A stretch of DNA of 64,000 nt from an uncultured Chloroflexia bacterium (GTDB taxonomy: Bacteria; Chloroflexota; Limnocylindria; Limnocylindrales; CSP1-4), in assembly GCA_963715245.1 (NCBI GenBank), contig CAVQRM010000001.1, positions 643,188 through 707,187 on the forward strand, read 5' to 3'. Below are positions 22,711-32,873 of the stretch, piece after piece; the stretch's first letter is position 1, and each line of letters opens with the position of its first letter. The position numbers and the translations under genes were made by a program. A model generated the notes under the pieces. The model saw only the letters and a program-made list of their open reading frames with translations. It was not told where the DNA came from and ran no database searches.

Positions 22711-24183
22711 CTACCGGGCCGCGACAGCCTCGTCGGCGACGCCCGGCAGCGTCGCAAGGCCGAACGGCGCACCCGCCTCACGCACCCGTGCGGCCATCGA
22801 CGACGCGACCGCCGGGTCCAGCCCGATGTCGCGCGGCACGGCGAGCAGCTCCTCGACCCGCAGCCGTGCCCGCCCGAACGCGTCGAGCGCCCCCGCGTCC
22901 GCCCAGGCCCGACGAGAGTTGCGGTCGATCACCTTCGACGGCAGGAACTGCTCGGTGCGGAACAGCCGGCGCGTGTCCTCGAGCTCGAGGAACCGGCCCT
23001 CCGGCCCCGCCTGCTCGAAGAACCCCGTCGCCAGCGTCTCGGTCGGCGTCCCGATCCCGCGGAGCAGCCGCTGGACCATGCCGATCATGTCCGCGTCGAT
23101 CACGAGCTTCTCGGGCGACTGGGCGAGGAGGAAGTCGAGCATCCCGGCCCCGCTGATCATGTCGATCCCGGCGAGCCCGCCGACGAGCGCGGTCATCCCG
23201 CTCTCGAGCCCGGCCTGCGCGTCGATGATCTTCGCGTCGGTCGCGCCGAGATACGCGTGGCACGGGAGCCCCAGCGACTTCCCGACGGCGGCATACCCCG
23301 AGTCGATCATCGCGGTCTCGATCGCCCCCATCGGCGTGGAGCCCGTGCGCATGTCGACGATCGTCGGCGCGCCACCCCACACGATCGGGGCGCCCGGCGC
23401 CGCGAGCTGGTGGAGCACGACGCCCGCGAGGGACTCCGCGGCGTGCTGGACGATCGACCCGACCAGCGTCACGGGCGAGGCGACGCCCGCGAGCGGCATG
23501 GAGATCAGCTCCGCCGGCACCCCGGCCCGACCGAGATCCATCACGTTGCGGCAGGCGAACTCGGACCAGGTGAGCGGCGGGGACGGGCAGACGTCGAAGA
23601 CGGCGCGCGGTCGCTCCCGGAGCGCCTCGGCACCGCCCGCGTCGAGCGCCAGCAGCTCGATCATCACCGCGGACCCGCGCGGCGTGAAGGCGCCCGTGAC
23701 CACCGGCTTGGACGAGTTGTGGAGCACGAGGAACAGGCGGTACAGGTCGCCGATCTCGGTCGGGACGTCGTGCGCGACGATCGCGGTGGAGACGGCGTCG
23801 TAGGCGGGGAGCGCGTCCGCGACCCGGGTGAGGCGGACGAGGTCCGCGGCCTCGGACTGGCGGGTGTCGAGCGTCTCCGGGTCCAGGACCGCGACGCCGG
23901 ACGAGCCCGGGTCGAAGTGGACGACGCCCTGCCCGTAGCGGACGGCCGGCGACCCGGCCCGGTCGTACAGGTTGAACGCCGCGGGTGCGGTCTCGAGCGC
24001 CCGGCGGACCATCGCCTCCGGGATCGAGACGCGCTCGCCGTCCGCCGTGGCCCCGCCCGCGACGAGGACCCGGATCGCCTCCGGCTCCTCCACCTTGATG
24101 CCGGGCGTACGGAGGAGGGCGAGCGCCTCGTCGACAATTCGGTCGATGAGCTCGCGGTCGAGGATCTCGAAGCGGGGTCGCAT
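22711..24183 (-). CDS. MttB-superfamily corrinoid-dependent methyltransferase (non-pyrrolysine; glycine betaine/quaternary amine methyltransferase MtgB-like), paralogue 1
   Basis: 490-aa uninterrupted ORF. MttB family hallmarks (…RPRFEILDRELIDRIVDEALALL…, …PLTWSEFACRNVMDLGRAGVP…GGAPTIVDMRTGS…). No in-frame TAG. Confidence 0.8.
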   Translation of the reverse strand: MRPRFEILDRELIDRIVDEALALLRTPGIKVEEPEAIRVLVAGGATADGERVSIPEAMVRRALETAPAAFNLYDRAGSPAVRYGQGVVHFDPGSSGVAVLDPETLDTRQSEAADLVRLTRVADALPAYDAVSTAIVAHDVPTEIGDLYRLFLVLHNSSKPVVTGAFTPRGSAVMIELLALDAGGAEALRERPRAVFDVCPSPPLTWSEFACRNVMDLGRAGVPAELISMPLAGVASPVTLVGSIVQHAAESLAGVVLHQLAAPGAPIVWGGAPTIVDMRTGSTPMGAIETAMIDSGYAAVGKSLGLPCHAYLGATDAKIIDAQAGLESGMTALVGGLAGIDMISGAGMLDFLLAQSPEKLVIDADMIGMVQRLLRGIGTPTETLATGFFEQAGPEGRFLELEDTRRLFRTEQFLPSKVIDRNSRRAWADAGALDAFGRARLRVEELLAVPRDIGLDPAVASSMAARVREAGAPFGLATLPGVADEAVAAR

Positions 24184-24262
24184 GGCGGGTGGTCCCTCCA
24201 GGGAGGCTGGCGAGGGTGGTGGCCGGTCGGTCGATGGGGGGGCGTGACGCAGGGGCTGGACC

Positions 24263-25744
24263 TCAGCCGACGCCGACGGGCGACGAGCCGGCGCCGCGGG
24301 CGTGGGCCTCGACGATCCGAGTGAGCTCGCGGTCGAGGGCCGGGTCGAGCGGCTCGGGCCGGTGGTCGCGGAGCAGCGTCCGTGCCCGCTCCAGCGCCTC
24401 GCGATGGGGCTTGTCGGGATCCGCCTCGTACTGGCTCCAGGGTCGCCGGTCGAGGTACTTCGGCTGCCACAGCTCGCGCATGTGCCGCCGGGTGTGCTCG
24501 GCCGTGAGGTAGTCGCCGCCGGGGCCCACCTCGGCGATCGCCTCGAGGGCGAGCGACTCCGCGTCGACCGGGATCCCGCGGAGCATCGTCTTCACGATCC
24601 CGTCGATCTCCGTGTCGAGGATGAGCTGCTCGTACGACCAGATCCGGCTCCCGTGGATGAGCCCGGCGCCCAGCAGCATGTCCGCGCCGGATGCCGAGGC
24701 CATGAACGACGACAGGCCGTTCTCGAGGCCTGCCTGCCAGTCGGATGCATGCGCGCCGGTCGCGTACGCGCCCATCGAGAGCGGGACGTGGTAGAAGTCG
24801 GACAGCTGGTTGGTGGCCGCGCCGAACAGGAAGTCCTCGGGCCCGCCGCCGGTGTAGGCGCCGGACCGGAGATCCATCGCCGTCTGGGCGGCCGCGTAGT
24901 AGACCGGGGCGCCCGGGAACGCGAGCTGGAGCATCGCGAGCGCCGCGATGACCTCCGCGTTGCCGACGACGAGCGAGCCCGCGATCGTCGCGGGTCCCGA
25001 GAACGCGCACGACGCCATGGTCATGAACCCGACCGGGACGCCGGCCTCGGCGGCCACGAGCGCCGCGTCCAGCGCCCCGCCGTCGTGGGCGAGCGGGCTG
25101 ATCGTGCACTGCATGAGCGACAGCACCGGCCGCTCCCGCAGCGCGGCCCGGCCACCGGCGATCGCCGCGGCCATCTCGATCGCGGCCTCGGTCTCCCCGG
25201 GCGTGACGATGCTCTCGGTCTGGACGTGCTTGGTGGAGTTGCGCCAGACCGCGGACACCTCCTCGAGCGCGCGCGTCTCGGGCGGGACGTCCTGCGCCGA
25301 CACGGCGACCCAGTGGAACGCGATCGCGTCGAGCGCGTCCGCGACGCGGGCGATGTCCGCGACGTCCTGGAGCGCGGACCGGCGGACGGTCAGCGTCCAC
25401 GGATCGAGGACCTCGATCCCGCAGCCGTCGGTGGCGAGGTGGACGTGCGCCCCATCCAGGGCGAGGTCGCGCGCAGGGTCGCGCGCCGCGAGCGTGTACG
25501 CGGGCGGCGCGGACGTCAGGGCACGCTCGATGAGGTCGCCGGGGGCGCGCACGACGGACGTCGAGCGATCGACGGTCGCGCCGGCCGCCTCCCAGATGTC
25601 CAGAGCGCGGGGCGACGGGAAGCGCACGCCGACGCGCTCGATGATCTCGAGCGTGGCCTCGTGGACGCGGGCGATCGCGGCGGGGGACAGGATCTCGAGC
25701 ACGGGTCGGGCGGACCGGTCCTGCTCGTCTGCGGTGGTGTGCAT
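24263..25744 (-). CDS. MttB-superfamily methyltransferase, paralogue 2
   Basis: Starts at MHTTADEQ… inside ORF 24263..25897. Collinear with paralogue 1 (…EILSPAAIARVHEATLEIIERVG…). Intact. Confidence 0.8.
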   Translation of the reverse strand: MHTTADEQDRSARPVLEILSPAAIARVHEATLEIIERVGVRFPSPRALDIWEAAGATVDRSTSVVRAPGDLIERALTSAPPAYTLAARDPARDLALDGAHVHLATDGCGIEVLDPWTLTVRRSALQDVADIARVADALDAIAFHWVAVSAQDVPPETRALEEVSAVWRNSTKHVQTESIVTPGETEAAIEMAAAIAGGRAALRERPVLSLMQCTISPLAHDGGALDAALVAAEAGVPVGFMTMASCAFSGPATIAGSLVVGNAEVIAALAMLQLAFPGAPVYYAAAQTAMDLRSGAYTGGGPEDFLFGAATNQLSDFYHVPLSMGAYATGAHASDWQAGLENGLSSFMASASGADMLLGAGLIHGSRIWSYEQLILDTEIDGIVKTMLRGIPVDAESLALEAIAEVGPGGDYLTAEHTRRHMRELWQPKYLDRRPWSQYEADPDKPHREALERARTLLRDHRPEPLDPALDRELTRIVEAHARGAGSSPVGVG

Positions 25745-25791
25745 CGATACCTCGGTGGCGGGACGCCGTGGAGGAGGGTGGACGAGGCTCG

Positions 25792-26460
25792 TCAGCCCGC
25801 CGCCATCGCCTCGGGAACGCCAAGCAGCTGGCGGGCGAGCGCGACCGCGCCGATGGCGTCCTCGCTGTACCCGTCGGCGCCGATCTCCGATGCCCACTGC
25901 GAGCTCGCCGGCGCCCCGCCGACGATCACCTTGACCCTGGGTCGGAGCCCGGCGGCCTCGAACGCCTCGACGACCGTCCGCTGCCCGGACATCGTCGTGG
26001 TGAGCAGGGCCGACACCCCGACGAGGTCCGCGTTGTGCTCGCGGGCCGCCTCGACGAACTGCTCAGGGGCGACGTTGACCCCGAGGTCGTGGACCTCGAA
26101 CCCGGACGTCTGGAGCATCATCCCGACGAGGTTCTTGCCGATCTCGTGGATGTCGCCCTTCACGGTCCCGAGGACGACGCGGCCGACGACCTGCCGGGTC
26201 GTCGCCTGGCGGGCCATCTCGGGCTCGAGCACCGAGATCGCCTTCTGCATCGCGCGGGCCGCGAGCATCATGTCCGGCAGGTACAGCTCGCCCTGGCCGA
26301 ACTGCTCGCCGACGTACGACAGCCCGGGGACGAACCCCTGGTCGATCGCGTCGAGCGGCGCGACGCCCGCGGCCAGTGCCTGCTCCGCCAGGCTTGCCGA
26401 CGCCGTCGCATCGCCGTCGATGACGCTCTGCCGCATCGCCGCGAACAGGTTCTCGCTCAT
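25792..26460 (-). CDS. cobalamin-binding corrinoid protein (MtgC/MtmC-like: B12-binding cap + Rossmann domain)
   Basis: DxHxxG motif (DIHEIGKNLV), …VGVSALLTTTM…, …VKVIVGGAP…. Confidence 0.85.
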   Translation of the reverse strand: MSENLFAAMRQSVIDGDATASASLAEQALAAGVAPLDAIDQGFVPGLSYVGEQFGQGELYLPDMMLAARAMQKAISVLEPEMARQATTRQVVGRVVLGTVKGDIHEIGKNLVGMMLQTSGFEVHDLGVNVAPEQFVEAAREHNADLVGVSALLTTTMSGQRTVVEAFEAAGLRPRVKVIVGGAPASSQWASEIGADGYSEDAIGAVALARQLLGVPEAMAAG

Positions 26461-26496
26461 GAGTGCTCCTTCGTCTGGGGTCCGTGGACCGGGGGG

Positions 26497-27940
26497 TCAG
26501 GGGATCGGTGTCGACTGCGGCCTCGCGGCCGCCCGTTGGAGGATCGCGTCGAGCTCGCGCACGACGGCGTCGGGGAGGCCCGGCGGCTCGTGCGCGGCGA
26601 GGAGCTCGTCCACGCGCGCGGCCGCTCGTTCGCCCATCGTCCGTCCGCCGCGCGCCTGCCAGGCGCTGAACGACAGGCGGTCGATGAGCGTTGGGTACCA
26701 GCGCTCGCGGTAGTGCCCCAGCGTGTGGTCCGTCTCGAGGAACGACCCGTCGGGGCCCAGCTCGTCGATGAGGTCGAGGGCGAGCGTCTCGGCGCTGATC
26801 TCGACGGGGGCGATCGCCGCGCGGATCCAGGCCGCGATCTCGTCGCAGATGACGAGCTGGGCGAGCGATCCGGTCAGCCCGGACTCGAGGTAGCCCGAGT
26901 CGTGGATGAGGTGGCCGCCCGCGAGCGCGTCCACGAGCATCGTCAGCGCGGCGTCCGTCGCGGCCTGCTGGTCGACGGTCTTGGAGTCCGAGCCGCCGGC
27001 GAGGCTGAACATCGGCAGGCCGTAGTGGTGGGCGAGCGACGGGACCACGCCCCGGTGATCGGGCTCCGCGTAGGGATCGACCATCGTCCGCAGGTCCAGC
27101 GCGTCGCCGCCGAAGCCCGGGATCACGACGGGCGTTCCCTCCCGGACGAGCTGGGCCAGCACGATGCCCACGAGCACGCCCGCGTTGTTGAGCGTGACGT
27201 TGCCGGCCATCGTGACCGGGCCCGTCGTGCCGCCCGAGGTGACCGGGATCCAGAGGGCCGGCAGGCCGCGCTCGGCGAGGACGAGCAGCTTGCGCAGCGA
27301 GTCGCCGTTGTGGACGAGGCCCCGGGTGACGTTGATGTAGAACGCCACGTTCGGGCGGGCGGCGAGCGCCGCGGCGCCGCCGGCGACGGCCTCCGCCATC
27401 TCGATCACGTCGAGCATCGCCGCCACGTCGTAGGTGACGATGACGAGCGGCTTTGTCGTCCGCTCGAGCATGATCGCCGCCTGGTGACGGTCGGCGAGCA
27501 TCGGGTCGACGTCGGCCGGCAGGAACATCGACATCCCGAAGTCCATGTTCGGCAGCGCGTCGACGAGCGAGAGGCCGTCGCGCACGTCGGCGAGCCGCGC
27601 CTGGCGCCGCTCGCCGGACCGGTGGTCGATCACGTTGAGGCAGTCCGAGCCCGGGCCGAAGAAGACGTTGTCGCCCTCGACAGCGAGCGCGGGCCGGCCA
27701 CCGCGGTCGAACAGCCCGACGGACCGGGGCGCGGCCGCGAGCGCCCAGTCGACGAGTGAGGCCGGGCACGTGGACGCGCCCGTCGTCGGTCACGCGGGCA
27801 CCGGCGCCGTGGAGCCGTTCGACCGCCTCCGCGTCGTGGAGGACGACGCCCGTCCGCTCGAGGATCGTGCAGCTCGCCTCGTGGAGCAGGGCACAGTCGT
27901 CCGGCGTCAGCCGGTCGTAGCGCGGCGAACGAGCGGTGCG
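26497..27940 (-). CDS. MttB-superfamily methyltransferase, paralogue 3; apparent frameshift ~27775
   Basis: ORF 26497..27633 aligns to residues ~115-490 of paralogue 1. The N-terminal ~100 aa (…SPRYDRLTPDDCALLHEASCTILERTGVVLHDAEAVERLHGAGARVTDDGRVHVPGL…) lie in another minus-strand frame. The bridging segment (…LVDWALAAAPRSVGLFDRGGRPALAVEGDNVFFGPGSDCLNV…) is in the first frame upstream of a stop. Exact start uncertain. Confidence 0.65.
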
Positions 27941-28099
27941 AGCGTCCGGAGTGCGCGAAACCAGGGACGCCTCCTTGATGCGGGCCGTTGACCCCCAATC
28001 TCCGGCGTCCGGCGGCGGCCCGGATAGGGCGGAAGGTCCCGGCGGAAGGGTCCGACGGACCATCCGGTCGCCGATGCCCGTGCGCGGAGACTGGATCCG

Positions 28100-29791
28100 A
28101 TGCCCGACGTCGTCCACGGGACCGAGCGTCGACCGCTCGTGTCCGGTCGTCTCCTGTTCGACGAGGCCGCCGAGCTCTCGGTGGTCGTCCCCGCCTCCTG
28201 CAAGCGCACCGGCCGCTGCCGTGAGTGCGTCGTGGAGGTGCGCGCCGGGGCGGACCAGCTGTCGCCGCCCACCGCCGCCGAGGCGTTCCTCCGGCCGGGG
28301 TTCCGCCTCGCGTGCCAGGCGAGCGTCGAGCGGACGGAGCACGACGTCGAGTTCGGCATCCTCCGCCGCCGGCTCCGGATCCAGCTCGCCCCGGAGCTCC
28401 AGGGACCGGTCCCGCATCTCGACGCCGGGGTACGGGTCGAGGATGGCCGGTACGCGGCCGAGCCGGTCCCGTGGGCCGGGCCGGCGTCGCGAGGCCTCGC
28501 CGATTCGGATCCGGAGCTCGCGACGCCGACGCCCGCGGATCTCGGCCCCTCGTACGGCCCGCCCGTCGGTCTCGCCCTCGACGTGGGCACGACGACGGTC
28601 GTCCTCGAGCTCGTCGACCTCGACCGGGGGACGGTGCTCGCGGTCGCGGCGTTCGAGAACCCGCAGCGGTTCGGCGGCTCGGATGTCATGACCCGCATCT
28701 CGTACGAGGACGACCAGCCGGGTCTCCTCCGCCAGGCGCTCCGGCGCGCGGTCAACCACGAGCTTGGCCGGCTCCAGTCGGAGCTCTGGATCGACCGGCG
28801 CCGGATCGTCGAGGCCGTCGTCGTCGGCAACCCGACGATGCGCGACCTCGCGTTCGGCCTCGACGTGCGGCCGATCGGCCGGATCCCGTACCGCTCGGTG
28901 ACCGAGACCGCGCTGCGCGAGGGATCCGACGCGGTCGACGGTCGTCGAGCGCCGGGCCCACGAGCTGGGCCTGCTGATCAACCCCCAGGCCCGCGTCATC
29001 GGCGGCCCGATCGTCGCCAGCCACGTCGGGGCGGACGCGGCGGCGGATCTCGTGGCCGTGGACGCCGTGGAGCGCGGCGGGTCGTTCCTGCTCGTCGACA
29101 TCGGGACCAACAGGGAGATCGTCGTCTCGGACGGCAGGCGGGTGCTCGCGGCGTCCAGCCCGGCCGGCCCCGCGTTCGAGGGCGGCGGGGTGCGCTACGG
29201 GATGCCCGGCGCGGACGGGGCGATCGAGACGGTGCGGCTCGACGCCGGCGCTCGCCGGTTCGACGTTCGCGTCATCGGCGACGGCGAGCCCGAGGGGATC
29301 TGCGGATCCGGGCTGGTGGACCTGCTCGCGGAGCTCCGCCGGGCGGACTGGCTCACGGCCCGCGGCGGGTTCGAGCCCCGGGCGACGAGATCCCCATCGT
29401 CGATGAGCCGCGGATCACGCTCTCGCGCGGCGACGTCGGCCACCTGTCGATCGCGAAGGCGGCCACGGCCGTCGGCCAGCGCGTGCTGCTGCGGAGGCTC
29501 GGCCTCGCGCCGTCGGACCTCGACCGCGTCTACCTCGCCGGCGGCTTCGCGAACGCGATCGACGTGCGCTCGGCCATCGACATCGGGCTGCTCGCGCCGG
29601 TGGCCCCGGAGCGCGTCATCCGGGCGGGCAACGCGTCCATCGCGGGCGCACGGGCGCTGCTGCTCTCCCGTCGTCGGCTGGCCGCGCTCGACGCGCTCAC
29701 CCGGCACATCGAGCACGTCGAGCTCGAGTCCGAGCCCGACTTCTTCGACCTGTTCACCGACGGCTGCCTGTTCGAGCCGATCGTCGTCTGA
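28100..29791 (+). CDS. RACo/RamA-type ATP-dependent corrinoid reductive activase (N-terminal 2Fe-2S ferredoxin domain + DUF4445 ASKHA ATPase); two apparent frameshifts (~28925, ~29385)
   Basis: …CKRTGRCRECVVEV… ferredoxin Cys cluster. Middle part (…TVVERRAHELGLLINPQARVIGGPIVASHVGADAAADLVAVDAVERGGSFLLVDIGTNREIVV…) is in the frame of ORF 29052..30083. C-terminus (…LAGGFANAIDVRSAIDIGLLAPV…IAGARALLLS…) is back in the first frame. Confidence 0.7.
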   Translation: MPDVVHGTERRPLVSGRLLFDEAAELSVVVPASCKRTGRCRECVVEVRAGADQLSPPTAAEAFLRPGFRLACQASVERTEHDVEFGILRRRLRIQLAPELQGPVPHLDAGVRVEDGRYAAEPVPWAGPASRGLADSDPELATPTPADLGPSYGPPVGLALDVGTTTVVLELVDLDRGTVLAVAAFENPQRFGGSDVMTRISYEDDQPGLLRQALRRAVNHELGRLQSELWIDRRRIVEAVVVGNPTMRDLAFGLDVRPIGRIPYRSVTETALREGSDAVDGRRAPGPRAGPADQPPGPRHRRPDRRQPRRGGRGGGSRGRGRRGARRVVPARRHRDQQGDRRLGRQAGARGVQPGRPRVRGRRGALRDARRGRGDRDGAARRRRSPVRRSRHRRRRARGDLRIRAGGPARGAPPGGLAHGPRRVRAPGDEIPIVDEPRITLSRGDVGHLSIAKAATAVGQRVLLRRLGLAPSDLDRVYLAGGFANAIDVRSAIDIGLLAPVAPERVIRAGNASIAGARALLLSRRRLAALDALTRHIEHVELESEPDFFDLFTDGCLFEPIVV

Positions 29792-29805
29792 GGACCGCCA
29801 CCACG

Positions 29806-31468
29806 ATGCCGACCCCGACCCGGGCGACGACGCCCGCCGCCACCGACGCGACGACGCCCGCTGCCACCGACGACCCGATGCCCGGTCCGGGCGCGCTCCG
29901 CCGATCCCTCGCGACGCCCGGTGCCTTCGCCACCGTCGTGGAGCTCGTGCCGTGGGCCGGCGAGCTCTCCGACACCCGCGGCCAGAAGCCGCTGCGGATG
30001 GCGTCGGACCTCGCGGGCGACCCGCGGATCACCGCGCTCTCGGTCACCGACAACGCCGGCGGCCACGCGCGCCTGAGCCCTGACACGCCCGGGGAGGCGC
30101 TCCAGGCGCTCGGCCACGACGTCGTCGTCCACGTGGCGGCGCGGGACCGGAACCGGAACGGGCTCCAGAGCCTTGGCTGGGACCTGCTGTCTCGCGGCCT
30201 CACGACGGTCCTCGCCATCAGCGGCGACTACCCGGTCGACGGCTTCGAGGGGCTTGCGAAGCCGGTGTTCGACCTCGACTCGGTCGCGCTGCTCGCGCTC
30301 CTCCGCGAGCTCGGCGCGGCGGCCGCGGAACGGGCGGCGTCGGATGGGGCGCCGGACTCCCCGAGCCGTGACTTCCTCCTGGGCTGCGCCGTGGACCCGT
30401 TCAAGCGCCTCGAGCGGGACCTCGTGCCGCAGCTGCTCAAGCTCGCCCTCAAGACGCGGACCGGCGCGGACTTCGTCATCACGCAGGTCGGCTACGACGC
30501 CCGCAAGCAGGACGAGCTGCTGCGCTGGATGCGCGGCGAGGGGATCGAGCGGCCGGTGGTCGCGAACGCGTACATCCTCTCCGCCGGCGTCGCGCGGGCC
30601 TTCCACGCGGGCCGGGTGCCGGGTTGCGTGGTCACGGACGAGCTGCTCGCGCTCGCCGAGCGGCAGGCCTCATCGCCGGACAAGGGGCGGGCGTTCTTCC
30701 TCGAGCTCGCGGCGAAGCAGGCGATCGTCGCGCGGGGCATGGGGTTCGCGGGCGTCTATCTCTCGGGCCACCGGGACGCCGACGAGGTTCGCCGCGTCGG
30801 CGAGCTCGTTGACGCCCACGGCGACGCCGACTGGCGGCCGCTCGTGCGCGACGTGTCATTCGGGCAGCCGGGGGCCTTCCACCTGTTCGCGCCCGACGGC
30901 GCCGGGCTCTCCACCGACGAGCCCTCGCGGGCCTATCGTGCGTCGCTGGCGCCGGGCGCCCGATCGCGTGCCCGCGCCCGGGTGTCTCCGTTCTACCGGG
31001 TCAACCGCGTCGCCCACGAGCGCGTGTTCGAGCCCGGGACCCCGGGCTTCCGGGCCTGGGCCCGGGTCTACGGCGCGGTCGAGCGCGCTGCACGTCGAAC
31101 GGCCGCTCCACGTCCTCGAGCAGGCGGTCAAGGTGCCGCTGTACGACTGCCGGGACTGCGGCGACTGCTCGCTCCCCGACATCGCCTACCTGTGCCCCGA
31201 GAGCCACTGCGCGAAGAACCAGCGCAACGGGCCGTGCGGCGGCGCGCGCGACGGCCGCTGCGAGACCGGCGACCGTCCGTGCATCTGGGCCGAGGCCTAC
31301 CGGCGGCTCAAGCCCTACGGGGAGGAGCTGGCGATGCTCGACCGGCCGCCCGTGATCCAGGACAACCGCCTGCGGCGCACGAGCGCCTGGGCCAACACGT
31401 TCCTCGAACGAGACCACCACGCCGTGCGCCGCGCCGCCGGCACCACCCCGAAAGGATCCGATTCGTGA
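29806..31468 (+). CDS. methylenetetrahydrofolate reductase-like protein: MetF-type TIM barrel followed by an MTHFR C-terminal zinc-ribbon (MetV-like) domain; apparent frameshift ~31090 at the domain junction
   Basis: MetF-like …FATVVELVPW…LSVTDNAGGHARLS…VVVHVAARDRNR…FVITQVGYDA… in frame 1. Cys-rich …LHVERPLHVLEQAVKVPLYDCRDCGDCSLPDIAYLCPESHCAKNQRNGPCGGARDGRCE… in ORF 30173..31468. Confidence 0.65.
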
Positions 31469-32519
31469 GGCCCGACCGCACCGGCACCCCGTTCCTCGTC
31501 GTCGGCGAGAACATCCACGCGACCCGCGTCGTCAAGCGGGCCGGCCGCCTGGCCGCGGAGCTGGAGGACGGCACCGTCGGGATCGCGTTCGAGGATGCGC
31601 ACGGCGAACGCCGGATCCTGCCCGTGCACCCCGACCTCGTGACGGGGCGAGACTTCGCGGCAGGCAAGATCAAGCACGTCGCGAGCGCGATCCGCTGGGG
31701 CCTGGACGGGGACCGGCACGCCGAGCTCGCGGCGGCGTACATCCGCTCGATGGCGGCGCGGCAGGAGGCGGCGGGCGCGGACTGGCTTGACCTCAACGCG
31801 GACGAGGTCGCGCCGGCGTCCGAGGTCCGGGCGGCCGCGATGGCCTGGCTCGTCGGGGTCGTCGAGGCGACGCGCATCGGTTCCCGTCTCGATCGACTCG
31901 TCGGACGTCGGCGGTGCTCGCGGCCGGCGTGGCGGCGTCGACCCAGCCCAGAGGCCCGCTCCTCCTGAACTCGGCGTCCCTGGAGCGGCCGGAGGTCCTG
32001 GACCTGGCTGCCGATACGGGCTGTGCGGTCGTCCTGGCCGCGAGCGGGCTGGGCGGGATGCCGGCGAACGCCGAGGAGCGCGTCACGAACGCGATCTCCA
32101 TCGCGGAGCAGGCGATGGCCCGCGGGATCGAGGGCGGGCTGCTGTACGTGGACCCGCTCGTGCTGCCCGTCGCCGTCGAGCCGGACGCGCCGGCCCACGT
32201 GCTCGAGGCGGCTCGCCGGCTCCGCGCCGAGTACGGCGACGCGATCCACCTCACGGGCGGGCTGTCGAACGTGTCCTTCGGGATGCCGGAGCGCAGGCTG
32301 CTCAACGACGTGTTCATCGACCTCGCGGCCGAGGCCGGGATCGACAGCGGGATCATCGACCCGGTGGCATCCGACCTCACGCGGGTGTTCACGGCCGATC
32401 GCGACACCGACGCCTACCGGCTGGCCGCGGACCTGCTCGAGGGGCGTGACCCGTTTGGCGGCGAGTACGTGACCGCCTTCCGGGCGGGCAGGCTCGCGGA
32501 GGTGGCGGTCGCCGGCTGA
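31465..32519 (+). CDS. pterin-binding methyltetrahydrofolate:corrinoid methyltransferase (MtgA/MtrH/AcsE-like); two closely spaced apparent frameshifts (~31878 and ~31915)
   Basis: GTG start overlapping the MetV stop (…PFLVVGENIHATRVVK…). The pterin-binding …VPVSIDSSDVG… motif is in a second frame. C-terminal 200 aa (…LYVDPLVLPVAVEPDAPAHVLEAARRLRAEYGDAIHLTGGLSNVSFGMPERRLLNDVFIDLAAEAGIDSGIIDP…) is in ORF 31914..32519. Confidence 0.65.
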
Positions 32520-32528
32520 CACGTGGAG

Positions 32529-32564
32529 CCCGCCCGCGGGATGCCGCCCGCCCGCGGGATGCCG
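32529..32564. repeat. perfect tandem duplication of an 18-nt unit CCCGCCCGCGGGATGCCG
   Basis: Read directly. Immediately after the stop of the MtgA-like gene. Confidence 0.6.
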
Positions 32565-32740
32565 CCCGGGTATTACTCCCCATGCTATCTGGCCGCAGAA
32601 CCTGGCCGGGAGGCGCGGCCACGGCCCAATGTCGCCATCGCTATTACCCGGGATGATGTCCCTGCCCTTCCGGCGGCTCTCGGGCACCGCGGGAGGGCCG
32701 CGGCCACCGGAGCACGTCGGACTTGACGTCGGATAGCACC

Positions 32741-32815
32741 ACCCGTGATCCGGCGGGCGCCAGGCAGCTGGCGGCCAACCCGTGATCCGGCGGGCGCCAG
32801 GCATCCGGCGGGCGC
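32741..32815. repeat. two 26-nt direct repeats ACCCGTGATCCGGCGGGCGCCAGGCA (11-nt spacer) plus a third partial copy
   Basis: Read directly in the 355-nt convergent intergenic region 32520..32873. That region also contains unusually AT-rich patches (TATTACTCCCCATGCTATCT; CGCTATTACCCGGGATGATG). Confidence 0.6.
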
Positions 32816-32873
32816 GAGCCTTGGGGCGGGGCCGGAGCACCCGCGACCCGAGGTGCGAAAGACCCTGCCGCGA

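Noticed and set aside
22711-27940. Pyrrolysine (in-frame UAG) in the MttB-family genes
   Set aside because: ORFs of paralogues 1 and 2 are continuous and paralogue 3 is interrupted by a frame change rather than a TAG. No pyl genes are in the window.
32529-32815. CRISPR array
   Set aside because: Only two to three copies of each direct repeat, no regular spacer architecture, no cas genes.
32520-32873. Possible cobalamin riboswitch in the repeat-rich intergenic region of the corrinoid island
   Set aside because: No convincing B12 box (GCCACTG) with flanking conserved helices could be assembled on either strand. Both neighbouring genes terminate here, so there is no 5' UTR to regulate. Left as repeats only.
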